Shown here one piece after another: positions 35,915-45,234 of a DNA stretch of 64,000 nt. Positions within the stretch are counted from its first letter, which is position 1. Each line of letters opens with the position of its first letter. The notes under the pieces are model-generated. The model was not told the origin of the DNA and searched no databases. It was given only the letters and a program-made list of their open reading frames with translations. The stretch is from the NCBI GenBank assembly GCA_963850305.1, contig CAWKKR010000003.1, positions 32,001 to 96,000 of the forward strand, given 5' to 3'. The translations under genes were made by a program, and so were the position numbers. Source of the stretch: an uncultured delta proteobacterium (GTDB lineage Bacteria > Myxococcota_A > Polyangia > Polyangiales > Polyangiaceae).

Positions 35915-36544
35915 TCACTTCCGCGCTTCAGCCGCGAGCACCCAGCCGTGCGCGATCGCGCGCACCCGCGCTCTCCGGAGACCGACGCCGATCAGCAATT
36001 CAAGTAGCCTGTGCTGGTCGAGCTTCGTCGGATGCAGGTTGCGCCGGCTGAACCCCTGGGTCCGGGCGACGGCCTCGAGCACCGTGTCCTCGATCACCCG
36101 GAGCGACGCGGAGCCGTAGTTCGGCGTCGTCAAGAACATGAGCCCACCCGGCCGGAGCACACGCAGCGCCTCCCGGAGCCACGGCTCGGGAGCCCGCACG
36201 TGCTCGATGACGTCCATGGATGCGACCATGTCGAAGGTCGAGTCCTCGTACGGGAGGGGCGCGTTCATCCGGACCACGTCGGCGCGCTCGACGGCCCCTC
36301 CGTGGAGCTCTCGCGCTAGCTCGACCGCTCGCGCATCGACGTCGCAGAGGGTGAAACGCTTTTCATTGCACGTGAGCTCCGGGAGCTCGAGAAATGGCCC
36401 CGACCCGATGTTGAGCACCCGCGTCCCCTCGCTCGAATGGAGCGCGTGGTCGAGTTCGCGCACTATGGGCGCATGATAGAGGCTCCACGGGAACCGGAGC
36501 TTGTGCCGGTGATTGGAGAAGTAGTCGACCGCTTCGGCGCTCAT
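35915..36544 (-). CDS. Class I SAM-dependent methyltransferase
   Basis: VLNIGSG, LPYEDSTFDMV, DVIEH, LRVLRPGG. Confidence 0.85.
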   Translation of the reverse strand: MSAEAVDYFSNHRHKLRFPWSLYHAPIVRELDHALHSSEGTRVLNIGSGPFLELPELTCNEKRFTLCDVDARAVELARELHGGAVERADVVRMNAPLPYEDSTFDMVASMDVIEHVRAPEPWLREALRVLRPGGLMFLTTPNYGSASLRVIEDTVLEAVARTQGFSRRNLHPTKLDQHRLLELLIGVGLRRARVRAIAHGWVLAAEARK

Positions 36545-37482
36545 CGGTCGGGGCGCCTCGCGACGATCAGAAACTCCGCGGTCGGCGCGCCGTCGGCGCG
36601 CGCCATCACGCTTCCCACGAGCTCGTAGACGGGGCGCGCGAAGATCCGGCGCAAGGCGGGAAAGTTCGTCCAGCGCGTCGTCAGGTGCTTGTTCACCCAC
36701 CCGGCGAGCGACGGCAGGAGAAACGCTTCGAAAGCCACCGTCGTCGCGGTCGAAAGCACGGGTTCGACGCGGAGGACCTCGAGCTCCGACTCTTCCACGA
36801 CGCCCCGCCAGCCCATTTCGTCGTAAAGATGATGATGCTTGAAGAAGCGATCGATGGTCCGCTGCAGACCGTGTCCGGCGGCGGCCGCGCCGACGCGCTT
36901 CAGTGCACGCACGGTCGCGAAGTGGCTCGCCCACTCGGCGTTCGGAACGAATAGATAAGCCGTCCCTCCCGGACGCAGCGACCTCCAGATGGTGCGCAAC
37001 GCGAGATCGATCCGGGGAACGTGCTCGAGCGAACAGTTCGCGACGCAGGTGGCGAAGAACCCTTCCGGAAGCCCTGCTCGTGTCACGTCGCCCAGGATCA
37101 CCTGCCGGTAAGCCTGGCTCGTCGCGGCCCAGCGTCCCTCCGCACCGTCGACGTCGATCCCCCACACCTCCACGTCCCCGAACGCGATCGCCGCGAAGAG
37201 CCCGTCGCCACAACCGACGTCGAGCACTGGCCCCGGGCAAGGATGACGCCTCACCACGGAAAGACGCGCGCATTCTTTGATCGCGAGCGCGGTCGGAGTG
37301 TGGGGGAAGTACCGCCGAAAGTCGTCGAAAGCGATCTCCGGGCCGATCTGGGTTGGGGCGCGCGCGCCGTCGCGCACGGCGCGCAACCGAGCGCGGCTCG
37401 CCGTCATGGTGCGGCGCACGCTGGAGGGGTTCGCGCCGCTCTCTTCGGTGACGGCCACGGCCGGTGTCCATCGCTGGGTCAC
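36541..37482 (-). CDS. Class I SAM-dependent methyltransferase
   Basis: VLDVGCGDG, NCSLEH, LRPGG; 4-bp overlaps with both neighbours. Confidence 0.85.
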   Translation of the reverse strand: MTQRWTPAVAVTEESGANPSSVRRTMTASRARLRAVRDGARAPTQIGPEIAFDDFRRYFPHTPTALAIKECARLSVVRRHPCPGPVLDVGCGDGLFAAIAFGDVEVWGIDVDGAEGRWAATSQAYRQVILGDVTRAGLPEGFFATCVANCSLEHVPRIDLALRTIWRSLRPGGTAYLFVPNAEWASHFATVRALKRVGAAAAGHGLQRTIDRFFKHHHLYDEMGWRGVVEESELEVLRVEPVLSTATTVAFEAFLLPSLAGWVNKHLTTRWTNFPALRRIFARPVYELVGSVMARADGAPTAEFLIVARRPDR

Positions 37483-38984
37483 TGCGTTCTCTCCTCGGTA
37501 ACTGCCGGGCGCGGGGACCGATACGCCCACCAATCGCCCTCGTGAAAGATCGGCTCCATCGCGTGCGCGCGGAACAAGGCCAGGGTGCGCTCGGCCGCGG
37601 CGTGAATGAGAAAGACGTCGTATCGATCGAGCTCGGCGGCCGAGAGCCACTCCGGATGCCATTCCGCACCGCCTGGCATTCCGGGAACGAACGCCCCGAC
37701 GTATCGAATGACGCTCGTCGGGTACATCGCGAACGAGTAGCCTTGAAGGCCGCCTTTCTCCGCCATGTAATAGGCGGACAGATGCAGGAGCGCGGGCAAC
37801 CCGGGGAATGCCGAACTCTCTCGTCCGAACACGACGGGCCGCACGCTCAGGCCTTCCGGCATCTGCGCGACGAAATCACGGACGGGGCGCGTCTCCTTCG
37901 TGAACGCGGCCAGGCGCACCGCGAGCAACGAGAACCAGGTCCCTACGAACACCGGCACGACGCGCGACACCCATGAGGCGCGCAAGCGCTCACGCGGCTC
38001 GAACGCGACCAGCAGTGCCGGCACGAAGAACGCGGCAAATCGTGGATGGAGCGGCCCGAACCCGCTCAGCATGATCGGAAACAGGCAGAACGCGGCCAGG
38101 AGGAGCGCAAGCGGTGCCCAGCGCTCCGGATGTCGCGCTGGTCGACCGAGCGCCACTGCGACCAGAGCGAGCGTTGCGTAGCCAAAGAGGAGCGCCACAT
38201 GGTCCGCGGCCGACGCTGCGAACCAGAGCGCCGGAGAAGAGAAGAGCTCGAGCCCCCGCGGCGCCCACACGGTGGCGCCGATGGTGCGAATCGAGCCCCC
38301 TGGCGCAACCCAGACGGCCCACAGCACCGCCGGCGCAGAGAGCGGCAGAAGGCGGGCGAAGAGACGCCCGCCGCCGCGAAGTAACGAGGGACCGACCATC
38401 ATCACCGCGACGCCGAGAGCGAACCCGTGCATCACCAGCGTCGCCGAGAGCAAGACCGCGAGCACGAGCCCATGGGCCAGTGTCGGCGCTTCGCGGTGCG
38501 CAAGCGCGGCCGACATCGAGAAAAGCACGAAGGGCATCGCCGCGATGAAGCTCACGAGCCCGAAGTAGAATGGATACCCAAGCCCGAGCGGCAAACCGAG
38601 CAGCCCGAGCCAGGGCGGGTACCCCAGACGCCGCACGAGCCGCGAAAACGCGAACCAGTAAAGGACCGCCGAGCCCCAGACCACTCCCTTCAGTGCCGCC
38701 ACGACGCCCACCCATCCGGCGAGGACGCGAGCCGCCGCGTACGCTCCGAGATAGGGCGTTCCGAGATTGAGCCTGAAATAGCGGGTCATCGGGAAGCGCG
38801 GATCGTGCAGATGCAGCCACACGCTGATCTGCGCCGCGTGCTGCGGCAGATCGACCATCGGCAGATACGGCGTCACGGCGAACGCCACGAGCAAGGCGGC
38901 CGAGAACCCCATTGCCGTCACTGCGTCGCGTGAGACGCCGAATGCCCAATCGCGGGGCTCCGAGCGAACACTCTCCACGAACAT
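37479..38984 (-). CDS. Polytopic membrane protein, GT-C glycosyltransferase-like
   Basis: About 11 hydrophobic segments, LPMVDLPQH after TM1, soluble C-terminal domain. Confidence 0.65.
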   Translation of the reverse strand: MFVESVRSEPRDWAFGVSRDAVTAMGFSAALLVAFAVTPYLPMVDLPQHAAQISVWLHLHDPRFPMTRYFRLNLGTPYLGAYAAARVLAGWVGVVAALKGVVWGSAVLYWFAFSRLVRRLGYPPWLGLLGLPLGLGYPFYFGLVSFIAAMPFVLFSMSAALAHREAPTLAHGLVLAVLLSATLVMHGFALGVAVMMVGPSLLRGGGRLFARLLPLSAPAVLWAVWVAPGGSIRTIGATVWAPRGLELFSSPALWFAASAADHVALLFGYATLALVAVALGRPARHPERWAPLALLLAAFCLFPIMLSGFGPLHPRFAAFFVPALLVAFEPRERLRASWVSRVVPVFVGTWFSLLAVRLAAFTKETRPVRDFVAQMPEGLSVRPVVFGRESSAFPGLPALLHLSAYYMAEKGGLQGYSFAMYPTSVIRYVGAFVPGMPGGAEWHPEWLSAAELDRYDVFLIHAAAERTLALFRAHAMEPIFHEGDWWAYRSPRPAVTEERTQ

Positions 38985-39021
38985 GAACCGGCCGACTTTC
39001 GCCGGCCGCGTCGCGTCGATG

Positions 39022-39051
39022 TGCGACGAGTGCGCGAACTCGCCGTTACGA
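39022..39051 (+). repeat. 30-bp element, copy 1 (inverted copy at 42513-42542)
   Basis: TGCGACGAGTGCGCGAACTCGCCGTTACGA; 29/30 identical to the reverse complement of 42513-42542. Confidence 0.9.
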
Positions 39052-39198
39052 CGGCGTTACGGTTTCACACCGACGCTGCGCTGCGGAGCCCGGCGCGGTG
39101 GCTACCTGAGCCGTCTCGCTCTGGGTGAATTCGCCAGGAAGCCACACGGGCGACATCGGCAAGAGCGCTTCGCCCCCGAATCGTGAGAGGCTAGTGCC

Positions 39199-39618
39199 GT
39201 GCGATTTCAGTCGGCGGCCGAGCGCCTGCACCGCTTTGCGCGGGCTCTCATCGTCGGGAGCGGCGCCACCGTGGTCGACTTCTCCATCTTCACGACGTGC
39301 ATCCGGGTGATTGGCGTCGCCCCCACGTCGGCGCGACTTCCGGCCCTGATGGCGGGAGCGTCGGTACAGTTCTTTGGCAACCGGACGTTCACGTTTCGCG
39401 CCCAGGCCGGCAGTCTCACTCGCCAGGCCAGGCTGTTTCTCGGCGCGGAACTGGTCACGCTCATCCTGAACTGGTCGACGTTCCGTCTGCTCGCTCCGCG
39501 GATGTCGACCCTGCCCCCCGAGATTGTCGGCTTCATGGGCTCGTTTCTCGTGTTCGTGTCCTTCGCTTACCCCGTGCGTCGGCTCGTCATTTTCCGGCTT
39601 CCGGAGCAGCAGCGCTGA
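39199..39618 (+). CDS. GtrA family membrane protein
   Basis: RFARALIVGSGATVVDF, QFFGNRTFTFR; four TM, 139 aa. Confidence 0.85.
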   Translation: MRFQSAAERLHRFARALIVGSGATVVDFSIFTTCIRVIGVAPTSARLPALMAGASVQFFGNRTFTFRAQAGSLTRQARLFLGAELVTLILNWSTFRLLAPRMSTLPPEIVGFMGSFLVFVSFAYPVRRLVIFRLPEQQR

Positions 39619-39792
39619 GCGCGTCCCACGCCTGCACACGCCGAAGCCGCGTGGCCGGGCCTCTCGCTTTCACAAATGTGACGTAACCGAGCCCCGGGCG
39701 CGAAGCGGCGTTCGCGTGACAAACATTTGTCTTTCACGTGACAACTTGATTCGGATCGCGAACAATCGTGGTTCCCGGAGGACGCGACGACC

Positions 39793-40575
39793 GTGAGCGA
39801 TTCAAGGAAGGTTTGGACTTGGTGGACCTGCCTGCGGGTTGTCGCGGTGTTCAACGTGCTGCTTTGGGCGGCTACCTGCCTACCCTTCGTCGGCGCCGGC
39901 GGCGACGGTGGGTGGCAGGTCGCGTTGTCCGGCATCTTCGTCGCAGTGTGCGCCTTCCGATCCTGGCTGCCCCGCGTCGATCTCGAACGCTACTGCCTCG
40001 TCGACAGCCCGCTATCGAGCATGTTCGTCGGCCGCAGCGCCGCGACGATTGCGGAAGTCTGCTTTGCGATGCAGATCGCGTTGTGCCTGCGTCAGGTTGG
40101 CATCGCCGCCCAGCTTCCGTGGATCGTCACTGCCTCACACTTCGTCGTGCCACCACTGGTGCTGGCGCAATGCTTCTGCTGGTACAGCGTGCTCACCCTC
40201 AAGCACGTCGGCCATGCGATCGAGGAGTCGCTGTGGACCGCTACCATGGCGCTCGTCGGCATCTGTCTGCTCGCCGCTCTCGGCCACCTCGACGGCGCCG
40301 TGTTCTGGTGCGCATCCGGTGGCGCGGCGCTTGCGGTCGGCTTCGTCGCCTTCATGACGCTGGTCGACGTCCCGATGTACGTCGGTCGCTGGCGCCAAGC
40401 CCGCCGCGAACGGCGCGCGTTCCTCAGCGTGCGCGCGGGGGTACGAGATGCAATGAGCCGTCGGATCGCGACCAGACAGTGGTCGGTCTGGCGACCCGAG
40501 GTCGCGTGGCTCACCGGTTATTTCAGCGTCGCAGTCTGGCTCAGCGTCTCCCTCGTGCACTTCTCGTTGCGCTGA
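39793..40575 (+). CDS. Hypothetical polytopic membrane protein
   Basis: About 7 TM segments with polar motifs PRVDLER, GRSAATIAE, HAIEES. Confidence 0.7.
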   Translation: MSDSRKVWTWWTCLRVVAVFNVLLWAATCLPFVGAGGDGGWQVALSGIFVAVCAFRSWLPRVDLERYCLVDSPLSSMFVGRSAATIAEVCFAMQIALCLRQVGIAAQLPWIVTASHFVVPPLVLAQCFCWYSVLTLKHVGHAIEESLWTATMALVGICLLAALGHLDGAVFWCASGGAALAVGFVAFMTLVDVPMYVGRWRQARRERRAFLSVRAGVRDAMSRRIATRQWSVWRPEVAWLTGYFSVAVWLSVSLVHFSLR

Positions 40576-40708
40576 GCCGCTCTCCCCCCGCGAGGACGGG
40601 CTCAGGCTCGGAACCGTCACCTCGCGACTTTCGTGGGCTCCCGACCTCCCGGATACAGCGTCGCGCGGATCGACCGCTCGTTCCAGCGCGTGGTTCCCCC
40701 CGCGCTTT

Positions 40709-41071
40709 TCATCGTGCGTGCTCGCGGACCTTGCTACGGAGTTCGGCCAGATCGCCCTTGCAGACGTAGCCGGCCACGCTGAGGCGCTTCGCGGTCTCGC
40801 GAAGCGAATCCGCGTCATTCGACGAATAGAAGAGCACCGGGATGCTCGACACCCGGTCGTTCCGCGCGAGGACCTCCGCCAGCCCCTCGCCCGACAGGGC
40901 CGGCATGTTCACGTCGAGCAGGATGAGGTTCGGTTGAAGCTCGCGCACGAGCTTGGAGACGCCAAAAGGCGAGGTCGTGACCGAGACGGAATACCCCTCG
41001 CGCTCGAGGAATGCCTTCGTCGTTAGCAACAGACGTTCGTCGTCGTCCACGATCAGTATTTGCTTGTTCAT
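40709..41071 (-). CDS. Single-domain response regulator
   Basis: ILIVDDD, LLDVNMP, YVCK. Confidence 0.9.
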   Translation of the reverse strand: MNKQILIVDDDERLLLTTKAFLEREGYSVSVTTSPFGVSKLVRELQPNLILLDVNMPALSGEGLAEVLARNDRVSSIPVLFYSSNDADSLRETAKRLSVAGYVCKGDLAELRSKVREHAR

Positions 41072-42282
41072 TTTCTCATCTGAGGAATGTCGACCGCGAA
41101 AGTGCTGCCGACGCCGGGCGTACTTTCCACTCGTATCCGTCCATCGATGAGTCGCAGCAACTGCGACGCGATCGACAGACCCAGACCGGTCCCCTCGTGC
41201 TTCCTCGTATGGACGTCGTCTGCCTGGACGAACGCTTCGAAGACGTCGGCAAGTTTGTGCTTCGGAATGCCGATTCCGGTATCGCGAACGGTGACCGTGA
41301 CTCCATCGGTCGTCGTCGCAATCTCGAAGCGGACCTGGCCCTCGTTGGTGAACTTGGCGGCGTTGCCTGCCAGATTCGTCAAGATCTGTTTCACCTTGAC
41401 GGAATCCGAGACCAGCTCCACCGGCCCCTCGTGCGCGACGACTTCGACCCTGACCGGCTTTGGTCCGATGAGGACGCGTGTCATCGCCGCGACGTCGCGC
41501 AGCATCGCGGCCACGTCGAAGCTCTCGGCGACCACGTCCATGTGCCCGGCTTCGAGCTTCGATAAATCCAGGATGTTCGTGACGAGGCTCCGGAGCGACG
41601 TCGCGCTCGACGCGAGCAGATTCAACATCTCCTCCATCGTCCGAACGTCACCCTCGCGGCTCGAGTGCTTGAGTAGGTCCACCATGCCGATGATGGCGTT
41701 CACGGGCGCACGGAGTTCGTGCGTGACGTGCGCCACGAACCTCGACTTCAGCTCATTGACCCGTTCGAGCTCTCGCGTCCGTCGGTCGGAAACGCGTTGT
41801 TCGACCGTCGCGTTCGAAAGAGCGCTTGTCTGCTGCAAGATGAGTTCCTTCACCGACACGAGCCCGATGAAGTTCAAGTCGTCGTCGGTCACGACAATCG
41901 AGTCGTACAGATCCGACTCGCCTCGTTCGAGGACGCGGCCGAGCGCCTCGGAGAGGTCGGCGCGCGCCGACATGACGAGAGGACTCGGGTCGAGGACCTT
42001 CGTGACGGGTGCGCGTGCGTAGAGGGCGTAGCCGTACTGGTGAGAGAGCTTGAGAAACAGCTTCGAGCGATCGAGCAACCCGAGGGCCGTCCCATGTTCG
42101 TCCACGACACCCACCGCTTCCAGTCGCGGTTCGTTTCGGAACCGCGCCGCCAGGTCCACGACGCGCACGTGCCCCTGCACGGCCTCGTGCGACGTCACCA
42201 GTTCTGCAAGACAGGGCTCGCTGGACTCCGGTGCGGGTACTCGGTCTTCGGCGGTCTCCTCCGGAAGCTCGATCGGAATCAT
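41068..42282 (-). CDS. CBS-domain cytoplasmic sensor histidine kinase
   Basis: N-terminal CBS-like pair (VGVVDEHG..LGLL; IVVTDD...IGLVSVKEL), HELRAP, NLAGNAAKFT, DTGIG, GTGLGL. Confidence 0.9.
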   Translation of the reverse strand: MIPIELPEETAEDRVPAPESSEPCLAELVTSHEAVQGHVRVVDLAARFRNEPRLEAVGVVDEHGTALGLLDRSKLFLKLSHQYGYALYARAPVTKVLDPSPLVMSARADLSEALGRVLERGESDLYDSIVVTDDDLNFIGLVSVKELILQQTSALSNATVEQRVSDRRTRELERVNELKSRFVAHVTHELRAPVNAIIGMVDLLKHSSREGDVRTMEEMLNLLASSATSLRSLVTNILDLSKLEAGHMDVVAESFDVAAMLRDVAAMTRVLIGPKPVRVEVVAHEGPVELVSDSVKVKQILTNLAGNAAKFTNEGQVRFEIATTTDGVTVTVRDTGIGIPKHKLADVFEAFVQADDVHTRKHEGTGLGLSIASQLLRLIDGRIRVESTPGVGSTFAVDIPQMRK

Positions 42283-42512
42283 GAACGAATGTGCTGAGAG
42301 TTCGACGAACGCTCGACCGTCCTTCAGCGTCTCTCAGGACGGAGCGACGGTTCGTGACGTTTCTGCAAACGTCGCCGCTTCGCGTGCGTTCCCGTTCCCG
42401 CATGCGCGGCCGCAGCGACGCCTACACACGCGCACGGCAACCCACCGTTTCGAACCGTCTGAAGCCGCGCTCGCTTCAGCGGTGCGCCCTTGAAACATCG
42501 CCCGCGCTGCTT

Positions 42513-42542
42513 TCGTAACGGCGAGTTCGCGCATTCGTCGCA
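42513..42542 (-). repeat. 30-bp element, copy 2
   Basis: Reverse complement TGCGACGAATGCGCGAACTCGCCGTTACGA. Confidence 0.9.
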
Positions 42543-42599
42543 TTTCGGAGCGCCGCGGACGGCGAAAGTCAGCCAAGGTATGACGCTCGCGGCCGAAGG

Positions 42600-43709
42600 A
42601 TGGACGTGACGGCGAGGCTCCCGGCGCGTCCGTTTCTGGCAGACCTTCGGCGATCCGCGTCGGCGCTCCGCCTCCTGGCGGGCCCCGACGCGTTCGAACG
42701 CGTGAGGGATCGCGGCCTCCGACTCGAAGACTTCGACGTCCTCGTCGCGCCTGCGGGCGGAACGAAATTCTTGATGCTGGGCGGGCTCGATCGCGTGCTG
42801 TTCGGGGGCCTCAAGAAGGAGCGGCACGAGCCGCTCCACGCCGTCGGCGCTTCCATCGGTGCGTTTCGGCTCGCGTGCCTCGCGTGCGACGAGCCGGAGT
42901 CCGCCCTCGACAGGCTCGCAGCGGCTTATATCGCACTGGCTTTCACGCCGGCCCGCGCGGATGCGCGTCGCCTCGCGCTCGGTCTCGTGCAAAAGATGCT
43001 CGGCGACGAACGGCGAGAGGACATCGCCGATTCGACCCAGGTGCGCCTGCACGTGCTCACGACTCGATGCCGCGGGCTCATGTCGCTCGACCGCTGGCCC
43101 CCGCTCTTGACGGGCCTGGGACTCGCCGCAGCGGGCAACTTCGTCAGCCGGCGCTCGCTAGGGGCGCAGCTCACTCGCGTCGCGTTTCATAGCCGCGGAG
43201 AGCCGGGCCCCCTCGGTGCACTCCGCGATCTGCCGACGGAGCACGCGACGCTGGCGGCGCACAATCTGGAAGCGGCTCTGATGGCGTCGGCGGCCGTGCC
43301 GGCGCTCGTACCGGGCGTGAGGATCCCCGGCGGGCCCGAGGGCGTGCATCGCGATGGCGGGCTGCTCGACTATCACCCGGTGCTCTCGCTTCATCCGTCC
43401 GAAAAGCTCGTCCTGTACCCGCACTTCTACGAGCATCTGACGCCGGGTTGGTTCGATCGCGGGCTCTCGCGCCGCCGGGCGCGGGGCCAGGCAGTCCGCA
43501 GAATGGTGCTTCTGGCTCCGTCGGAATCGTTCCTCGCAAGCTTGCCAGGCGGAGTCAGACCGACGCGGCGCGATGCCTTTCGTTACTCGAAGGCCGAGTG
43601 CGCGCGCAGATGGCGCGCCGTGTGGGAGCGCGGCACCGAGCTCGGGCACGCGCTAGCAGATATGCTCGCATCACCGCGCCGCGCCGCCCTCGCCGTGGAG
43701 GCGCTGTAG
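42600..43709 (+). CDS. Patatin-like phospholipase
   Basis: AGGTK Gly loop, GASIG nucleophile, DGG motif. Confidence 0.8.
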   Translation: MDVTARLPARPFLADLRRSASALRLLAGPDAFERVRDRGLRLEDFDVLVAPAGGTKFLMLGGLDRVLFGGLKKERHEPLHAVGASIGAFRLACLACDEPESALDRLAAAYIALAFTPARADARRLALGLVQKMLGDERREDIADSTQVRLHVLTTRCRGLMSLDRWPPLLTGLGLAAAGNFVSRRSLGAQLTRVAFHSRGEPGPLGALRDLPTEHATLAAHNLEAALMASAAVPALVPGVRIPGGPEGVHRDGGLLDYHPVLSLHPSEKLVLYPHFYEHLTPGWFDRGLSRRRARGQAVRRMVLLAPSESFLASLPGGVRPTRRDAFRYSKAECARRWRAVWERGTELGHALADMLASPRRAALAVEAL

Positions 43710-43770
43710 TTCCGCATCGACGAGCAGCGTCGTCCCTGAAGCATCAAAGAGCTGCGGAACTACGCGAGCG

Positions 43771-44185
43771 CAGCGAGCCCGCCGAAGGCGGCGGGGGAGC
43801 GGTCGCGAAGCGAGCCGCGGGGGTCAAGACCCCCTTGCGAGCACGAGCCCGCCGAAGGCGGCGGGGGAGCGGTCGCGAAGCGAGCCGCGGGGGTCAAGAC
43901 CCCCTTGCGAGCACGAGCCCGCCGAAGGCGGCGGGGGAGCGGTCGCGAAGCGAGCCGCGGGGGTCAAGACCCCCTTGCGAGACCGAGCCCGCCGAAGGCG
44001 GCGGGGGAGCGGTCGCGAAGCGAGCCGCGGGGGTCAAGACCCCCTTGCGAGACCGAGCCCGCCGAAGGCGGCGGGGGAGCGGTCGCGAAGCGAGCCGCGG
44101 GGGTCAAGACCCCCTTGCGAGACCGAGCCCGCCGAAGGCGGCGGGGGAGCGGTCGCGAAGCGAGCCGCGGGGGTCAAGACCCCCT
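43771..44185. repeat. Tandem array, 6 x 70 bp, each unit with three hairpins (REP/BIME-like)
   Basis: Units start at 43771, 43841, 43911, 43981, 44051, 44121 and are identical except at the junction bases. No unique spacers. Confidence 0.95.
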
Positions 44186-44283
44186 CGTGCGCAGGCGCGA
44201 GATGTTGACGAAACGTCACACGCGGAATACGCGCACTGAACATTAGCCGGGTAGCGTTCGCCGGTGGCCCTCGGGTCGTTCCG

Positions 44284-45234
44284 GTGACGAGCACGTTCCA
44301 ACAGCAAAGCTTTCCGGCTCCGCGCCAGCGCCTGACGCTGCCTCGGGTCGTGGCGCGGATCTTTCAGCACGAAGACGTGAACTTCCTCGTCACGAACCGC
44401 GTTCCACGGCGCTACGCGACGCTCTTCATGGGCTGGTTCAGCCAGATCGAGAGTCGCGCGTTGACTCGGCTCTCGATCGCGGTCTGGCAGCTCTTCGGTG
44501 GAGATCTCGGGCTCGACGAGGCGAAGCGGTCGGAGTTCGTGAGTCTCCAGGAGTGCTTCACGCGCGAGCTCCGTGACGGCGTGCGACCCATCGACCGCGA
44601 CCCCGACGTCCTCGTGAGCCCATGCGACGCGGTGGTCGGCGCGCACGGACGGGTCGAAGCGGGCTCCTTGTTTCAGGCGAAGGGCTTTCCGTACACGCTC
44701 CGCGATCTGTTCGGAGACACGGAGCTCGCCGCCCGTTATCGCGACGCCACGTTCGTGACGCTGCGCCTGAAGTCGAACATGTATCATCGCTTCCACGCGC
44801 CCGCGGATGCCACGGTAGAACGGGTGCGATACCTGTCCGGGGATACGTGGAACGTGAATCCCATCGCTCTCCAGCGAGTCGAGCGGCTGTTTTGCAAGAA
44901 TGAGCGCGCCGTGCTCGAGCTAGGCTCGGGGGAGCCGGAAGAAGCTCTCGCCCTCGTCGCGGTTGCATCGATCCTCGTCGCGAGTATCCGGATCCACTGC
45001 ACGGGCGAGGTGTTCGATCTGCGGTATCGCGGCAGAGGAATGGTGAACTGCGGGGGAGTGCAAGTCGCGAAGGGCGACGAGCTCGGCTTCTTCCAGAGCG
45101 GTTCCACGATCGTGATGTTCGCGGCCGGCGCGTTCGCCTTCGAGCCCGGCGTGAACGACGGAACCGCAATCCAGGTCGGACGAGCACTGCTCAGGCGAAC
45201 TCATTCACCGAGAAAGACAGAGAGGCGAGCATGA
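44284..45234 (+). CDS. psd: Phosphatidylserine decarboxylase-family proenzyme
   Basis: FTRELR, SPCD, QAKG, YHRFHAP, KNER, self-cleavage FQSGST. Confidence 0.9.
   Translation: MTSTFQQQSFPAPRQRLTLPRVVARIFQHEDVNFLVTNRVPRRYATLFMGWFSQIESRALTRLSIAVWQLFGGDLGLDEAKRSEFVSLQECFTRELRDGVRPIDRDPDVLVSPCDAVVGAHGRVEAGSLFQAKGFPYTLRDLFGDTELAARYRDATFVTLRLKSNMYHRFHAPADATVERVRYLSGDTWNVNPIALQRVERLFCKNERAVLELGSGEPEEALALVAVASILVASIRIHCTGEVFDLRYRGRGMVNCGGVQVAKGDELGFFQSGSTIVMFAAGAFAFEPGVNDGTAIQVGRALLRRTHSPRKTERRA

Noticed and set aside
43771..44185. Possible CRISPR array, and ORFs through the repeat
   Set aside because: No unique spacers and no cas genes; the 70-bp unit cycles through frames, so the ORFs are artefacts.
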